From a virus (lineage: Duplodnaviria; Caudoviricetes), in IMG/VR virus record IMGVR_UViG_3300036766_001430, positions 1 through 59,459 of that record: a stretch of DNA of 59,459 bases; one strand, 5' to 3'. A model generated the notes under the pieces. That model did no database searches and was not told where the DNA came from. It was given only the letters and a program-made list of their open reading frames with translations. A program made the position numbers and the translations under genes. Below are positions 28,919 to 37,820 of the stretch, piece after piece (positions within the stretch are counted from its first letter, which is position 1; every line of letters starts with the position of its first letter).

Positions 28919-29082
28919 TCGCCTCCCCCGGACGAGGGGAGGGCTGTACCCAAAAACACCGCAATCCTGGACCCCACCCTTCCGGGCCCGAAGATGGGCC
29001 TGGAAGGGGCTCGTGCGGAGGACGCAGACCGGGCCGACCCCGGCCCCAAAAGGACCGAGAAGGGGTGGGCCCGGCCGGGCCC

Positions 29083-29874
29083 TCAGCCGAGGTCGTCTGC
29101 GGCCGTCCGGCGAGTCTTCCCGGTCCCGCCCGTGGGAGCGAGCTGGCGCCGGCCGGCCTGGGGCGACTCCCCGGTGTCGCCGGACGGGGCCAGCGACAGC
29201 GTCTTGCGGATCTCATCGATCGAGGGAACGCGGCCGAAGCTGCGCACATCGGTCTGCGACTCGATCCACGCGTTCATCGTGTCCACCGAGTCAGCCAGCG
29301 GGGTGTTCTCACGTGCGGCCTTGACCGAATAGCTTGTGTCGTTCTTGCCGGTGCCCACGCGCGTGATCGTGACGTCGAACCCGCTGATGGGGTCGGTGAA
29401 GTCACCGTCCTCGCGAATGGAGAGCAGCTCCTCGTGGATCGACTTGCCGAACGCACACACGCGCGGCCCCTTGTCCTCTTCACCTCGCACGATACCTCGC
29501 ACGATGATGCTGCCGTAGATGCGGAGCCTCGGCAGGTAGTCGCCTGCGAGATCGTAGTCGGCCGGGTTGCCCGACGCACGCAGCGCGCTGACCTTCTGGC
29601 AGACGGGGCACGGCTTGCCGAGCATCTTGAGCGGGCAGTTGAAGCTCGCGGGGTTGCTCATGCCGGGAAGCTGCACGAAGTGCTGCCACACGACCATGAA
29701 CGGCGAGGAGCACCCGACCGCGGGCGGCAGGATGCGGATAACGTTCTTGCCGACGGAGAACTTGTAGAAGTCGCCGCCACCCTTCTCTGCTTCCTCGCGC
29801 TCGTGCTGCGCGGCTTCCTCGGAATACGAACCGTACTTGACGAGATTCTGTCGAGGGTCTGCTTCGTTGCTCAT
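29083..29874 (-). CDS. Single-stranded DNA-binding protein, T4 gp32-like
   Basis: GKNVIRILPP...QH...CP...CPVC...DFTDPISGFDVTI...TSYSV; acidic C-terminus. Confidence 0.8.
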   Translation of the reverse strand: MSNEADPRQNLVKYGSYSEEAAQHEREEAEKGGGDFYKFSVGKNVIRILPPAVGCSSPFMVVWQHFVQLPGMSNPASFNCPLKMLGKPCPVCQKVSALRASGNPADYDLAGDYLPRLRIYGSIIVRGIVRGEEDKGPRVCAFGKSIHEELLSIREDGDFTDPISGFDVTITRVGTGKNDTSYSVKAARENTPLADSVDTMNAWIESQTDVRSFGRVPSIDEIRKTLSLAPSGDTGESPQAGRRQLAPTGGTGKTRRTAADDLG

Positions 29875-29911
29875 GATGCGTGTCCTTCGTTGGATGTGGT
29901 TGAGAGGTAAG

Positions 29912-30409
29912 CTAGCCGCGTCGGTTGGCCCGGTCGGTCTTGAGGACCGGGTCGCCTTGAAGCTCGGCGCGCATGTGAGCGCCGAGAGAGATAAGCATGT
30001 CACGCTTCGTACGAATCGCGTCCACGATGCCGCCGATGTGGTGCTTGCGCGCTTCGGCCGCGATGTACTTGATGCGCACCTCGCGGATGCTCGGGTCGCA
30101 CGTCACCGCCGCGTCCACCTGCGACTCGGTAGCCTTGCCGCCGGCCGCCAGCAAGATCTCCCGATGCAGGATGCGCTGCCGTGCCTCGTGCTCCTCGGCG
30201 TTCATCTTCGCCGTGAGGAACGCCTGCACGCTTTCGGAGAAGCGCGCGTTCCAGTACGCGAGGTCAGCGGGCAGCCGCACATACTCTTCTTCAATGACGA
30301 GCGGCTCGATGCGGACGCAATCACGTAGGTACTCACCGACATCGGTAATCCCCGCCGGGTAGTCCACGCCGGGGTCGAGTGTAGTGGTCGGTTCGGGGAT
30401 GATATTCAT
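29912..30409 (-). CDS. UvsY-like recombination mediator
   Basis: Helical protein with KATESQVDAAVTCDP...IVDAIRTKRDML pattern; next to SSB. Confidence 0.6.
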   Translation of the reverse strand: MNIIPEPTTTLDPGVDYPAGITDVGEYLRDCVRIEPLVIEEEYVRLPADLAYWNARFSESVQAFLTAKMNAEEHEARQRILHREILLAAGGKATESQVDAAVTCDPSIREVRIKYIAAEARKHHIGGIVDAIRTKRDMLISLGAHMRAELQGDPVLKTDRANRRG

Positions 30410-30816
30410 GCGTGCTCCTTCAGGTAGTGAATAGCGCTCCGCAAGAGCGCGGCGCTGTCGTTGAACATCCCCAGAGCGCGATTGCATCGCGAGCAGAGAA
30501 GACCCCGCACCTTCCCGGTAACGTGGTCGTGGTCGACGCTCCAGACTTTGATCTGGCCCTTCGGCCGCTCATCCACACCGCAAGGTGTGTCGACGAAGCA
30601 GATGGAGCAGCAGAACCCCTGCTCGGCCAACATGCTCTCGTAATCCGTGAGAGATATGCCGTACAGCTTCCGCAGGTACCTGTCCCGACCCTGCGGGGAT
30701 GAGGCGTGCTTCATCCCGGCGGCACGAATACCTGCACGCCCTTCGGGTGACGCGCGACGCTCGCGAGCTTTCTCCCGTTGGTACACGCGGTTATTCTCTC
30801 TGTCCTTGTACGGCAT
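30406..30816 (-). mobile_element. Endonuclease VII-domain endonuclease
   Basis: YGISLTDYESML.EQGFCCSIC...VDHDHVTGKVRGLLCSRCNRALG...LRSAIHYL. Confidence 0.9.
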
Positions 30817-31007
30817 TGGTCCGTCCTACCGGGGCGACTTGTTAGCGAGAGATCTTTTTACGGCGATACACAACGAAAGCTCCGTCCCATATGCGCGTTT
30901 CTGACACACGTGGTACCCGTTGTGCTTCCTGCACGTCTTCGCGCAGATGTAACCATCCTTGCCGCGAGCGACGCACGGCGCGTTGAAGATCCAAGCGAGC
31001 ACACGCC

Positions 31008-33590
31008 TCACGCTGCCGCCTCGAACTTGTACTTCGAGAGCGAGCCCCACGACGGTCCGACCTCCACGTCCACCTCCAGCACGCAGAGGCACGGCCACGA
31101 GACCATGATCTGCCTCACCTCGTACGCGACCTCATCCACCGCGTCATCGCGCACTTCGAGCAGCAGCGCGTCGTGCACGGGGAGCACGAGCTTGGCGGGC
31201 ACCGCGTTGTCGCGGATCCACGAGACGGTCGCATGGACCGACGCGAGCCCGTAGTCACTCGCCGTGCCCTGCACCGGCGTGTTGGTCGCGCCGTTCTCGG
31301 CGGTGCGACGCGTCTGCTCATCCGAGTCAGCGATGCGCCACATGGGCCGACGACGCGCGCGGTGGCCGTCCCACTCCGTCCAGATCTCTCCCGTCTTGCG
31401 CGCTTCGAGCACGAGGTTCTCGCTCCACTTGGCGAGCTGCTTGAAGTGCCCGAGGATAGCTTCGCGGATGCGGCCGGCTTCCTTCACGGTCACGCCGATC
31501 TTCACCGCCAGCGCTCCGTCGCCCATGCCGTAGAGCAGACCGAAGTTCACGATCTTCGCTGCGGTCCGGTGCATCTTGAGCACCTGGGACGGGTCGATGC
31601 CCCACGCGGTCTTCGAGATCAGCTCCGCAGTGCGCTGGTGGTAGTCGACGCCGGCCGCGAAGATCGCGAGCATGTCCGGGTCACGCGACAGCGCTGCGGC
31701 GATGCGCAGTTCGAGCTGGCTGTAGTCGAGCTGGACGAGCTTGTGCCCCGGCGAGGCACGGAAGACGTCGCGCGCCATCTTGCCCTCGATCGAGTCGGCA
31801 CGAGGGATCTGCTGCAGGTTCGGCGACTCGCACGAGAGTCGACCGGACCGCGCGCCGTCCAGCTTCAGGTTCGGGTGGATGCGCCCATCGCTCCGAATGT
31901 GCGGGAGCATCCCGGCCGCGAACGAGCCGCGCATCTTCGCGAACCCTCGGTGGTCGAGGATGAGCCCCGGCAGCGGGTGATGCTTGCGCAGTTGGTCGAG
32001 CGTCGCTTCGGACGTGCTCGGTTGCTCGCTGGCCGTGCGCTCCAGGATGGGCAGGCCCAGCTTGTTGTAGAGAAGCTCCCCGACCTGGATGGGTGAGTCC
32101 CAGTTGATGGTCGTGCTGTAGAGGGCGAGCCGCTGCTGGATCTCTGCGATCTGTCCCTGGAGGTGCGTGTCGAACGCTTCAAGCGCGTCTCGCGACGCGG
32201 GCACGCCCCACGCCTCGACTTCGGCGACTGCCTCAGCGGCCGGCCCCACGAGCACGTCCCACGTGCGCCGCAGGTCGGGCTGCGTGTCGAGGTCGGCTTC
32301 GAGCTTCTCACCGAGCAGCGCCGTCACGTACGCATCGCGCGCGTTGTACCGGTACAGCACCGGCTTGGGGATGAGCCCGTACACGTACTTGCCCTTCTCG
32401 GTCGGGTCATCCCGGATGACCTTCTCCAAGAGCGCGTCCGGCGCGAGCGCGGCCGGCTGGACGAAGAAGAACGCCAAGTTCTTGGTCTTGGCGTCCTTCT
32501 TCTCCTGCGCGAGCACGAGACGGATCTTCGCCATCGCGTCCTCGATGGCCTGCTCTGCCTCGCCCTTGTGTCCACCGAGCCCGAGCAGGTCGGCCATCGC
32601 ACCGAGCGCGCCGTTCGCTTCGGGTTCGAGCAGCTTGCGCCAGAGCCGTGTGTCGCCGTAGCTACCGCGCGTGAGCACACCGAAGCACGCGAGCACGGCC
32701 GTGCGATCGTACTTCTCGTTCTGCCCGACCTTGCGGTGCGCCGGGTCGGCCAGCCACGCGAGCAGCAGCTTGCGTGCGCCGGCGTCAGCGAGACCTTCCG
32801 AGGTCCACACGTAGACGTCGCTCTGGCCGCGCCCGCAGACCGCGAGCGACAGCATGCGGAACGACGGGTCGAACATCAGCCCCGCGGTCTCCACGTCCCA
32901 CGCCGCCCACGCCGCCTCGGTAAACGCCGCGATGGCGGTGCGCGCTTCGGTGGCGTTCGTAACGAGGTACGCCTTGGGCTCCTCCCACGCAGGCACCGTG
33001 ACCGGCGCGGTGCACGCCCACTCCACATCCTCCTCGAAGTGCCCGCGAAGGAAGCGATTACGTGAGGCGATACCCGGGTGGAGCACGGCGAACACAGGCA
33101 CGGGCGCAATGCCCTTGGTCGAGCAGAGCCACGCGAAGCCGCGGCGCGTCTGTTGCGGGGAGATGCCCCGGCCGAGCAGCGAATGCGTGGCGGGCGTGCC
33201 TAACGCGATGATGCGCTGCGGCTGCACCTCGCGAATGACCTGCACGAGATACGTACGGCACGCGCTCAGTTCCTTCTCACCGACGGTGCGCGCGCCTGGA
33301 AAGCACTTCACACCGTGGTCCAGGGCCAGCGGTCCGGCCCAAGTACGCGCGATGACACGGCGGAGGTAAGCCCCATTCGCGCCCACAAGCGGCCGACCGC
33401 GGGTGTCTTCCTCGCGCCCTGGAGAGTCAGTCACGACGAGCAGGCCGCCGGGCTCGCCCTCTGGCGACATGCACGGCGACTTCACCCCCTCGCTCAGCTT
33501 GCACCGCGTGCATGCGGTGTTGATATCGGTGCCGTGCTCGACCTCGACAGCGAAGCGTGGCGGTTCGGGGAAGAGCGGAAGTGACTTCAT
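31008..33590 (-). CDS. polA: Family A DNA polymerase with N-terminal uracil-DNA-glycosylase-like (SPO1-type) domain and 3'-5' exonuclease
   Basis: UDG-4-like CTRCKL...SPGREED..GRPLVG...KC...C...HP; exonuclease DVET, KYD, YNARD; SGRLSCESPNLQQIP, DYSQLELR, RTAAKIVNFGLLYG, VHD. Confidence 0.95.
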   Translation of the reverse strand: MKSLPLFPEPPRFAVEVEHGTDINTACTRCKLSEGVKSPCMSPEGEPGGLLVVTDSPGREEDTRGRPLVGANGAYLRRVIARTWAGPLALDHGVKCFPGARTVGEKELSACRTYLVQVIREVQPQRIIALGTPATHSLLGRGISPQQTRRGFAWLCSTKGIAPVPVFAVLHPGIASRNRFLRGHFEEDVEWACTAPVTVPAWEEPKAYLVTNATEARTAIAAFTEAAWAAWDVETAGLMFDPSFRMLSLAVCGRGQSDVYVWTSEGLADAGARKLLLAWLADPAHRKVGQNEKYDRTAVLACFGVLTRGSYGDTRLWRKLLEPEANGALGAMADLLGLGGHKGEAEQAIEDAMAKIRLVLAQEKKDAKTKNLAFFFVQPAALAPDALLEKVIRDDPTEKGKYVYGLIPKPVLYRYNARDAYVTALLGEKLEADLDTQPDLRRTWDVLVGPAAEAVAEVEAWGVPASRDALEAFDTHLQGQIAEIQQRLALYSTTINWDSPIQVGELLYNKLGLPILERTASEQPSTSEATLDQLRKHHPLPGLILDHRGFAKMRGSFAAGMLPHIRSDGRIHPNLKLDGARSGRLSCESPNLQQIPRADSIEGKMARDVFRASPGHKLVQLDYSQLELRIAAALSRDPDMLAIFAAGVDYHQRTAELISKTAWGIDPSQVLKMHRTAAKIVNFGLLYGMGDGALAVKIGVTVKEAGRIREAILGHFKQLAKWSENLVLEARKTGEIWTEWDGHRARRRPMWRIADSDEQTRRTAENGATNTPVQGTASDYGLASVHATVSWIRDNAVPAKLVLPVHDALLLEVRDDAVDEVAYEVRQIMVSWPCLCVLEVDVEVGPSWGSLSKYKFEAAA

Positions 33591-33964
33591 GCCTCGGCTA
33601 GCTCCTCGGGTGACGCGGGGCGACCGCGGTGCGCGTGCTCATCGAGCGCGCTCTGCATCTCGCGTGCGCCGTACGGCCACTGCATCCAGGGCGCACGTAC
33701 GAAGCGTGCGGAGAACGGTGCCCAGCCTGGGTCGTTGTCGGTCATGAAGCGCCAGTCTATAGGTACGTGGCCGAGGTCGTGAGCCGCGTGGATGATGGCC
33801 CACGCTTCGGTCTCGTCGGCGGCCATGACCGCGCAGCAGATCGCGTACAGCGTCACGCCCAGGTCCGTCTCGCGCGTCTGCGTCACCCACCACGGCCCGC
33901 GGTACTCCCACTTGGTCGGGTCGGCTGACCAGAAGCTCGCCCAGAACGGGAGCAGCGCACTCAC
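33587..33964 (-). CDS. Hypothetical Trp-rich protein
   Basis: Coupled overlaps on both sides. Confidence 0.55.
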   Translation of the reverse strand: MSALLPFWASFWSADPTKWEYRGPWWVTQTRETDLGVTLYAICCAVMAADETEAWAIIHAAHDLGHVPIDWRFMTDNDPGWAPFSARFVRAPWMQWPYGAREMQSALDEHAHRGRPASPEELAEA

Positions 33965-34536
33965 TTCGGCACCGCCACGTAACCTTGCTCGGAGAAGATC
34001 GACTTGAACGCGGCAACGCACGTCTCGTCATCGAGGTCATCGGCGACGCGTCGAGGCAGGTACACCACCGCGCTCGCGTTGGGAGGTGAGTCGCCGGCGG
34101 TGAGCGTGTCTCCGTCACGGACGAGGTAGCGCACGCGCGTGCGGGGAACGCAGAACGGGAACGCCTGCGGAGGAAGCACGCCGCGAGGCTGCGCGGTCTG
34201 CATCAGCTCCAGCGAGTAGGCGACGAAGATCGCCTGCGTGACCGCGCCCACCGCGTACTCGTGCAGGAGCTTCGCCCACCAGATGCCCGCGTTGGACTTG
34301 CCGCCGATCCTGCCGCCCGGCGGGTTCAGGAAGACGCTCCCAGCCCAGGCTTGTGCCAGACCATCGTCCTCCTGCGAGTGGAGGCGCGTCGCCTTGACCG
34401 TGCTCCGGTTCACGAACGCGTTGCTCGCGGGGTCGAGGTCGATGCCGCCCATGACGGCGCGCGCCTTGTCGATGATCCACGGTGGCGTGTAGTGCTCGGC
34501 GCTCTTTGCTGAGTGCTTGGCGACAGCCGGTAGCAC
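33961..34536 (-). CDS. Phage DNA N6-adenine methyltransferase-like protein (NPPG variant)
   Basis: EHYTPP.II..AR.VMGGIDLDPAS...DDGL.Q.W.GSVFLNPPG; start inferred. Confidence 0.8.
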   Translation of the reverse strand: MLPAVAKHSAKSAEHYTPPWIIDKARAVMGGIDLDPASNAFVNRSTVKATRLHSQEDDGLAQAWAGSVFLNPPGGRIGGKSNAGIWWAKLLHEYAVGAVTQAIFVAYSLELMQTAQPRGVLPPQAFPFCVPRTRVRYLVRDGDTLTAGDSPPNASAVVYLPRRVADDLDDETCVAAFKSIFSEQGYVAVPK

Positions 34537-34855
34537 TCGCTCAGCAAGGGAGCGCCAGCAACCCGGGTCACCCTCGCGATGCCGGCCGGGGCCTAGACCC
34601 GCTGCGTGCCCCGACGGGCAATCGCACCCGCCATCACCGTCCGACCAGTTCGGGCTCATGCGTTTTCTACCCACTCATCCGGCACCCATAGGCGCGCCTT
34701 GACCCAGTACCCGCCGGGTACACGCTCGGGTGGATCGGGCATCACGAGCACATCCGCATGCCCGGACTCGTCGCCCCAAGCCTCTTGGGCTAGAGAACGA
34801 ACTTTGTCAGCAAGTTCAGCGCCGCACCTAAGCCGCGGCTTGAGCACACGAGCGC

Positions 34856-35548
34856 TCATGACGCCTCCAACGCTTCGAGCGCGCGGCCCAACCTATCGTC
34901 GATGTTCGAGACGCGCTGTAGCGCGGGCACGACCTTCTTGTGTTGCTTACATATCGCGACGATCTCGTTCCGGTCGGTGAGCCCGTTGTCGAAGAAGTGC
35001 TTGATGAGATCGCGGATGCTCTTCGACGCGACCAGCCCTGTGAGGAACGCTGTCTTGACGTCCTCGGGATCGCCCGCTGCTTCTGGATCATCGACGGCTG
35101 CTTCGCTCACCACACACACCGCGCCGGGCTTCTCGTCCCCACCGAACGGAATATCGTCACTGGGTCCGGCCGGTGTCACCGCAGCGAGGTCGGAGGCCTT
35201 GCGCGCGGCAAGCGACGCAGCCGCGCGCTCCTTCGCTTCGGCGCGTGCGCGCTCAGTTGCAGCCTGCGCACGTTCGTTCTGCGATTTGAAATCCTGCGGC
35301 ATGTCGTACGGCAACGCCGCACCCGTCGTGATGTTCGGGCGGGTCGCGCTGGCGGGCTCGGGAGCAACGAGCTTGGCCGGCGCCTCCTGCGCATCCCAGT
35401 CGGCCGGGTACCCTCGATCGATAGATAGGAGCTTGAGCGCATCCTCGTACGTCTCAACCGAGAAGATCGTCAAGGTCTCGCCATCCCACTGCACGCGCCG
35501 CATCAAGCCGGCGACTTCAACCTCACTCGTAAACGTTCGTAATCGCAT
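34856..35548 (-). CDS. Hypothetical protein (230 aa)
   Basis: AAGGAG SD; co-oriented. Confidence 0.65.
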   Translation of the reverse strand: MRLRTFTSEVEVAGLMRRVQWDGETLTIFSVETYEDALKLLSIDRGYPADWDAQEAPAKLVAPEPASATRPNITTGAALPYDMPQDFKSQNERAQAATERARAEAKERAAASLAARKASDLAAVTPAGPSDDIPFGGDEKPGAVCVVSEAAVDDPEAAGDPEDVKTAFLTGLVASKSIRDLIKHFFDNGLTDRNEIVAICKQHKKVVPALQRVSNIDDRLGRALEALEAS

Positions 35549-35577
35549 TGTTCGTGCTCCTTTGGTTTCGAGACTTG

Positions 35578-36417
35578 TTAGGCGTAGAGAGAATTACGTG
35601 CGGCTTGCATGAGATCGTCTGCACCGTAGTCGTTCGGATCTGTCGCCGGGGGAAGGCGCACCGCGGATGCGTTCACGCCTTCGAGCGCGAGCCTCCACGC
35701 GAACGCTTCACCCTCCTCCCACGCGTCCCCGTCGAGCACGACGCAGATCGGCCGGCGCGCGAGCAGTAACCGCTCGAAGTGCGGCTCGGTGGGTTTGCCG
35801 AGAAACGCCGCGGCGTGGGGCCAGTGCGGGAGAGCATCGAAGCACCCCTCCACGACGAGCAACGGCACATCGGTGTCGATGTCGAGCGCGGCGCTGTTGA
35901 ACATGACACCCACGCGCCCCCCACTCGGGTATAGGTAGCGGCGTTCGGCGCGGTCGGTGAAGTCGCGCCCCACGTACCACTGCCACGTGCCGTGCGCATC
36001 GAGCACCGGCACGACGATGCGGTTGAACATCCGGCCGCGCGTACACGCACCGATCTTCACTTCTCGCGCGACCTGCTCCGGGATGCCGCGCCAAAGCACG
36101 TACCGGCGCGCGCGTTCGAGCGCGTGGGAAGTCGCGCCTGGTCCGTCGAACAACTCGAAGAACGCTTCGGGCTGCTCGATAGCTGGCGTGGGCTCGACCT
36201 CGTCCACCTCGTGCTCGAAGCCGTCGCTGGCGACGTGCCCGCGCGACGCGCAGCGGAAGCAGTGCCAGCGGCCGGTGGGCAGGTGGACGCCCATCGAGAA
36301 CTTGCGGTCTGGTGTGCCTTGGCGCGTCTCGCACGCCGGGCAGTTCACGCGCACCCAGCCCGTGCGCGATGGCCGCTTGCCGTTGATGAGGTAGGTGATG
36401 TCTTCGCGCAGACTCAC
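35578..36417 (-). CDS. DNA primase (Zn ribbon + TOPRIM)
   Basis: CPAC...HCFRC, RIVVP, YVGR, VEGCFD, LDGDA, DPND. Confidence 0.9.
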   Translation of the reverse strand: MSLREDITYLINGKRPSRTGWVRVNCPACETRQGTPDRKFSMGVHLPTGRWHCFRCASRGHVASDGFEHEVDEVEPTPAIEQPEAFFELFDGPGATSHALERARRYVLWRGIPEQVAREVKIGACTRGRMFNRIVVPVLDAHGTWQWYVGRDFTDRAERRYLYPSGGRVGVMFNSAALDIDTDVPLLVVEGCFDALPHWPHAAAFLGKPTEPHFERLLLARRPICVVLDGDAWEEGEAFAWRLALEGVNASAVRLPPATDPNDYGADDLMQAARNSLYA

Positions 36418-37820
36418 GGGATCTGGTACTGCGACGGGTGCGCGACAACGATTCGACCGTGAGCGAAGTCGGTCTGGATCGGCCCTACGGTCTTACGCGA
36501 GACGCCGCGACGGTTCTTGGCGACGAAGAGGTTGATGAGCGCGAACTCCTCGTCCTCCGGGTTGATGGTGATGATCTGATCCGCCGCGCGAACCTTCTCC
36601 ATCGAGTCGGCGATGTCCCCGATGTCGAGCTTCGATCGCTTACCGCTCTTCTGGCGCTGCGACTGCGACGCCGTGTAGATCCACTTCTGCTCGCGCTCGC
36701 CCCACACACGGATCGTCTCGTACACGTCGCCCATCGCCGCGTACGTGTTGCTATGCTCGATCGCCTTCATCTTCACGGGCTTGATCTTGTCCATGTAGTC
36801 GATCACAAGCACGTCCACCGGCTCGCCGATCTCCTTCTCGATGTCGCGGACGAGGTTGATTACGTCCGTCGTCGTCGTGGCCTTGGGCGCGGCCCAGCCC
36901 ACGGTCAGACGTAGCACCGTGCCAAACCACGACGGGTGTATAAGCATCCGCGCTTCGAGCTTGGCGAGGATGCTCGCCTCGTGGATGACGTCGCTGAGCG
37001 CCTCGCCGTACAGGTTGGCGAGGATGCGCGCGTGGATCTCGGCTTCGGGTAGCTCCAACGTCAGGTAGTGGACACGCTGCCCCATGAGCGCGGCGTGCAC
37101 CGCAGCGTGCACCAGCGCCATCGACTTGCCGCCGCCTGAGTCCGCGACGAAGCAGCACTCACTGCCGCGGGGCACGCCGCCTTCTAGCACGTCATCCAGC
37201 TCCAGGATGCCCGTCGACAGGCGCGAGACCGCGCGAGCCGCGTCCACGATCGCAACGCTCCGCACGCCGACCTGCTGCGCGACCTGTCCCGTGTCGGCGC
37301 CGATGCTCCGCGCCTTCTCAACGATGTCCACGACGCGGTCCATGTCGGCGTCGTGCTTGCCGATCTCCTGGGCCATCGTGCGCGCAGCGTCCTTGTGCGC
37401 GCGCCGCTGGAGCACGGGTTTCATCGCCTCGGCCATCGCGTCTTCGTCGGGTAGCTCTTCCTCGATCGCGAGGAGCACCCACGCGCGAACGTCCTCGCGC
37501 TGCTCGTGGGTGACCTTGCCGTCGTGCTCCATCCGCGCGATGCGCTGGTTGATGAGCGTAAACGAGTCGGGCGGCTGACCTGTCTCGACGGCGTGCGCGC
37601 GAGCCGCTTGCGTCACGAGCTTCGCCGCGGCGTGCGCGAGCGCGTCCGGGTCGAGGTGGCGACCGATGCGGTGCCACATGCGCGGCTTGATCGCGCAGAG
37701 GTACACCAGCGCCATCTCGAACTGTGCGTCCAGCGCGTACGGCTCGTGCTTGCCGCCTCCCGTGAGAGGCCGCATGAACGGAATGACCTTGCCTCCGGTG
37801 TTGCTCACCGCCAGACCCAC
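36414..37820 (-). CDS. DnaB-like replicative helicase
   Basis: STGI.ELD..L.GG, ADSGGGKS, TLEL, IDYMD, TASQ, IADS, AKNR.G. Confidence 0.92.
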   Translation of the reverse strand: MGLAVSNTGGKVIPFMRPLTGGGKHEPYALDAQFEMALVYLCAIKPRMWHRIGRHLDPDALAHAAAKLVTQAARAHAVETGQPPDSFTLINQRIARMEHDGKVTHEQREDVRAWVLLAIEEELPDEDAMAEAMKPVLQRRAHKDAARTMAQEIGKHDADMDRVVDIVEKARSIGADTGQVAQQVGVRSVAIVDAARAVSRLSTGILELDDVLEGGVPRGSECCFVADSGGGKSMALVHAAVHAALMGQRVHYLTLELPEAEIHARILANLYGEALSDVIHEASILAKLEARMLIHPSWFGTVLRLTVGWAAPKATTTTDVINLVRDIEKEIGEPVDVLVIDYMDKIKPVKMKAIEHSNTYAAMGDVYETIRVWGEREQKWIYTASQSQRQKSGKRSKLDIGDIADSMEKVRAADQIITINPEDEEFALINLFVAKNRRGVSRKTVGPIQTDFAHGRIVVAHPSQYQIP

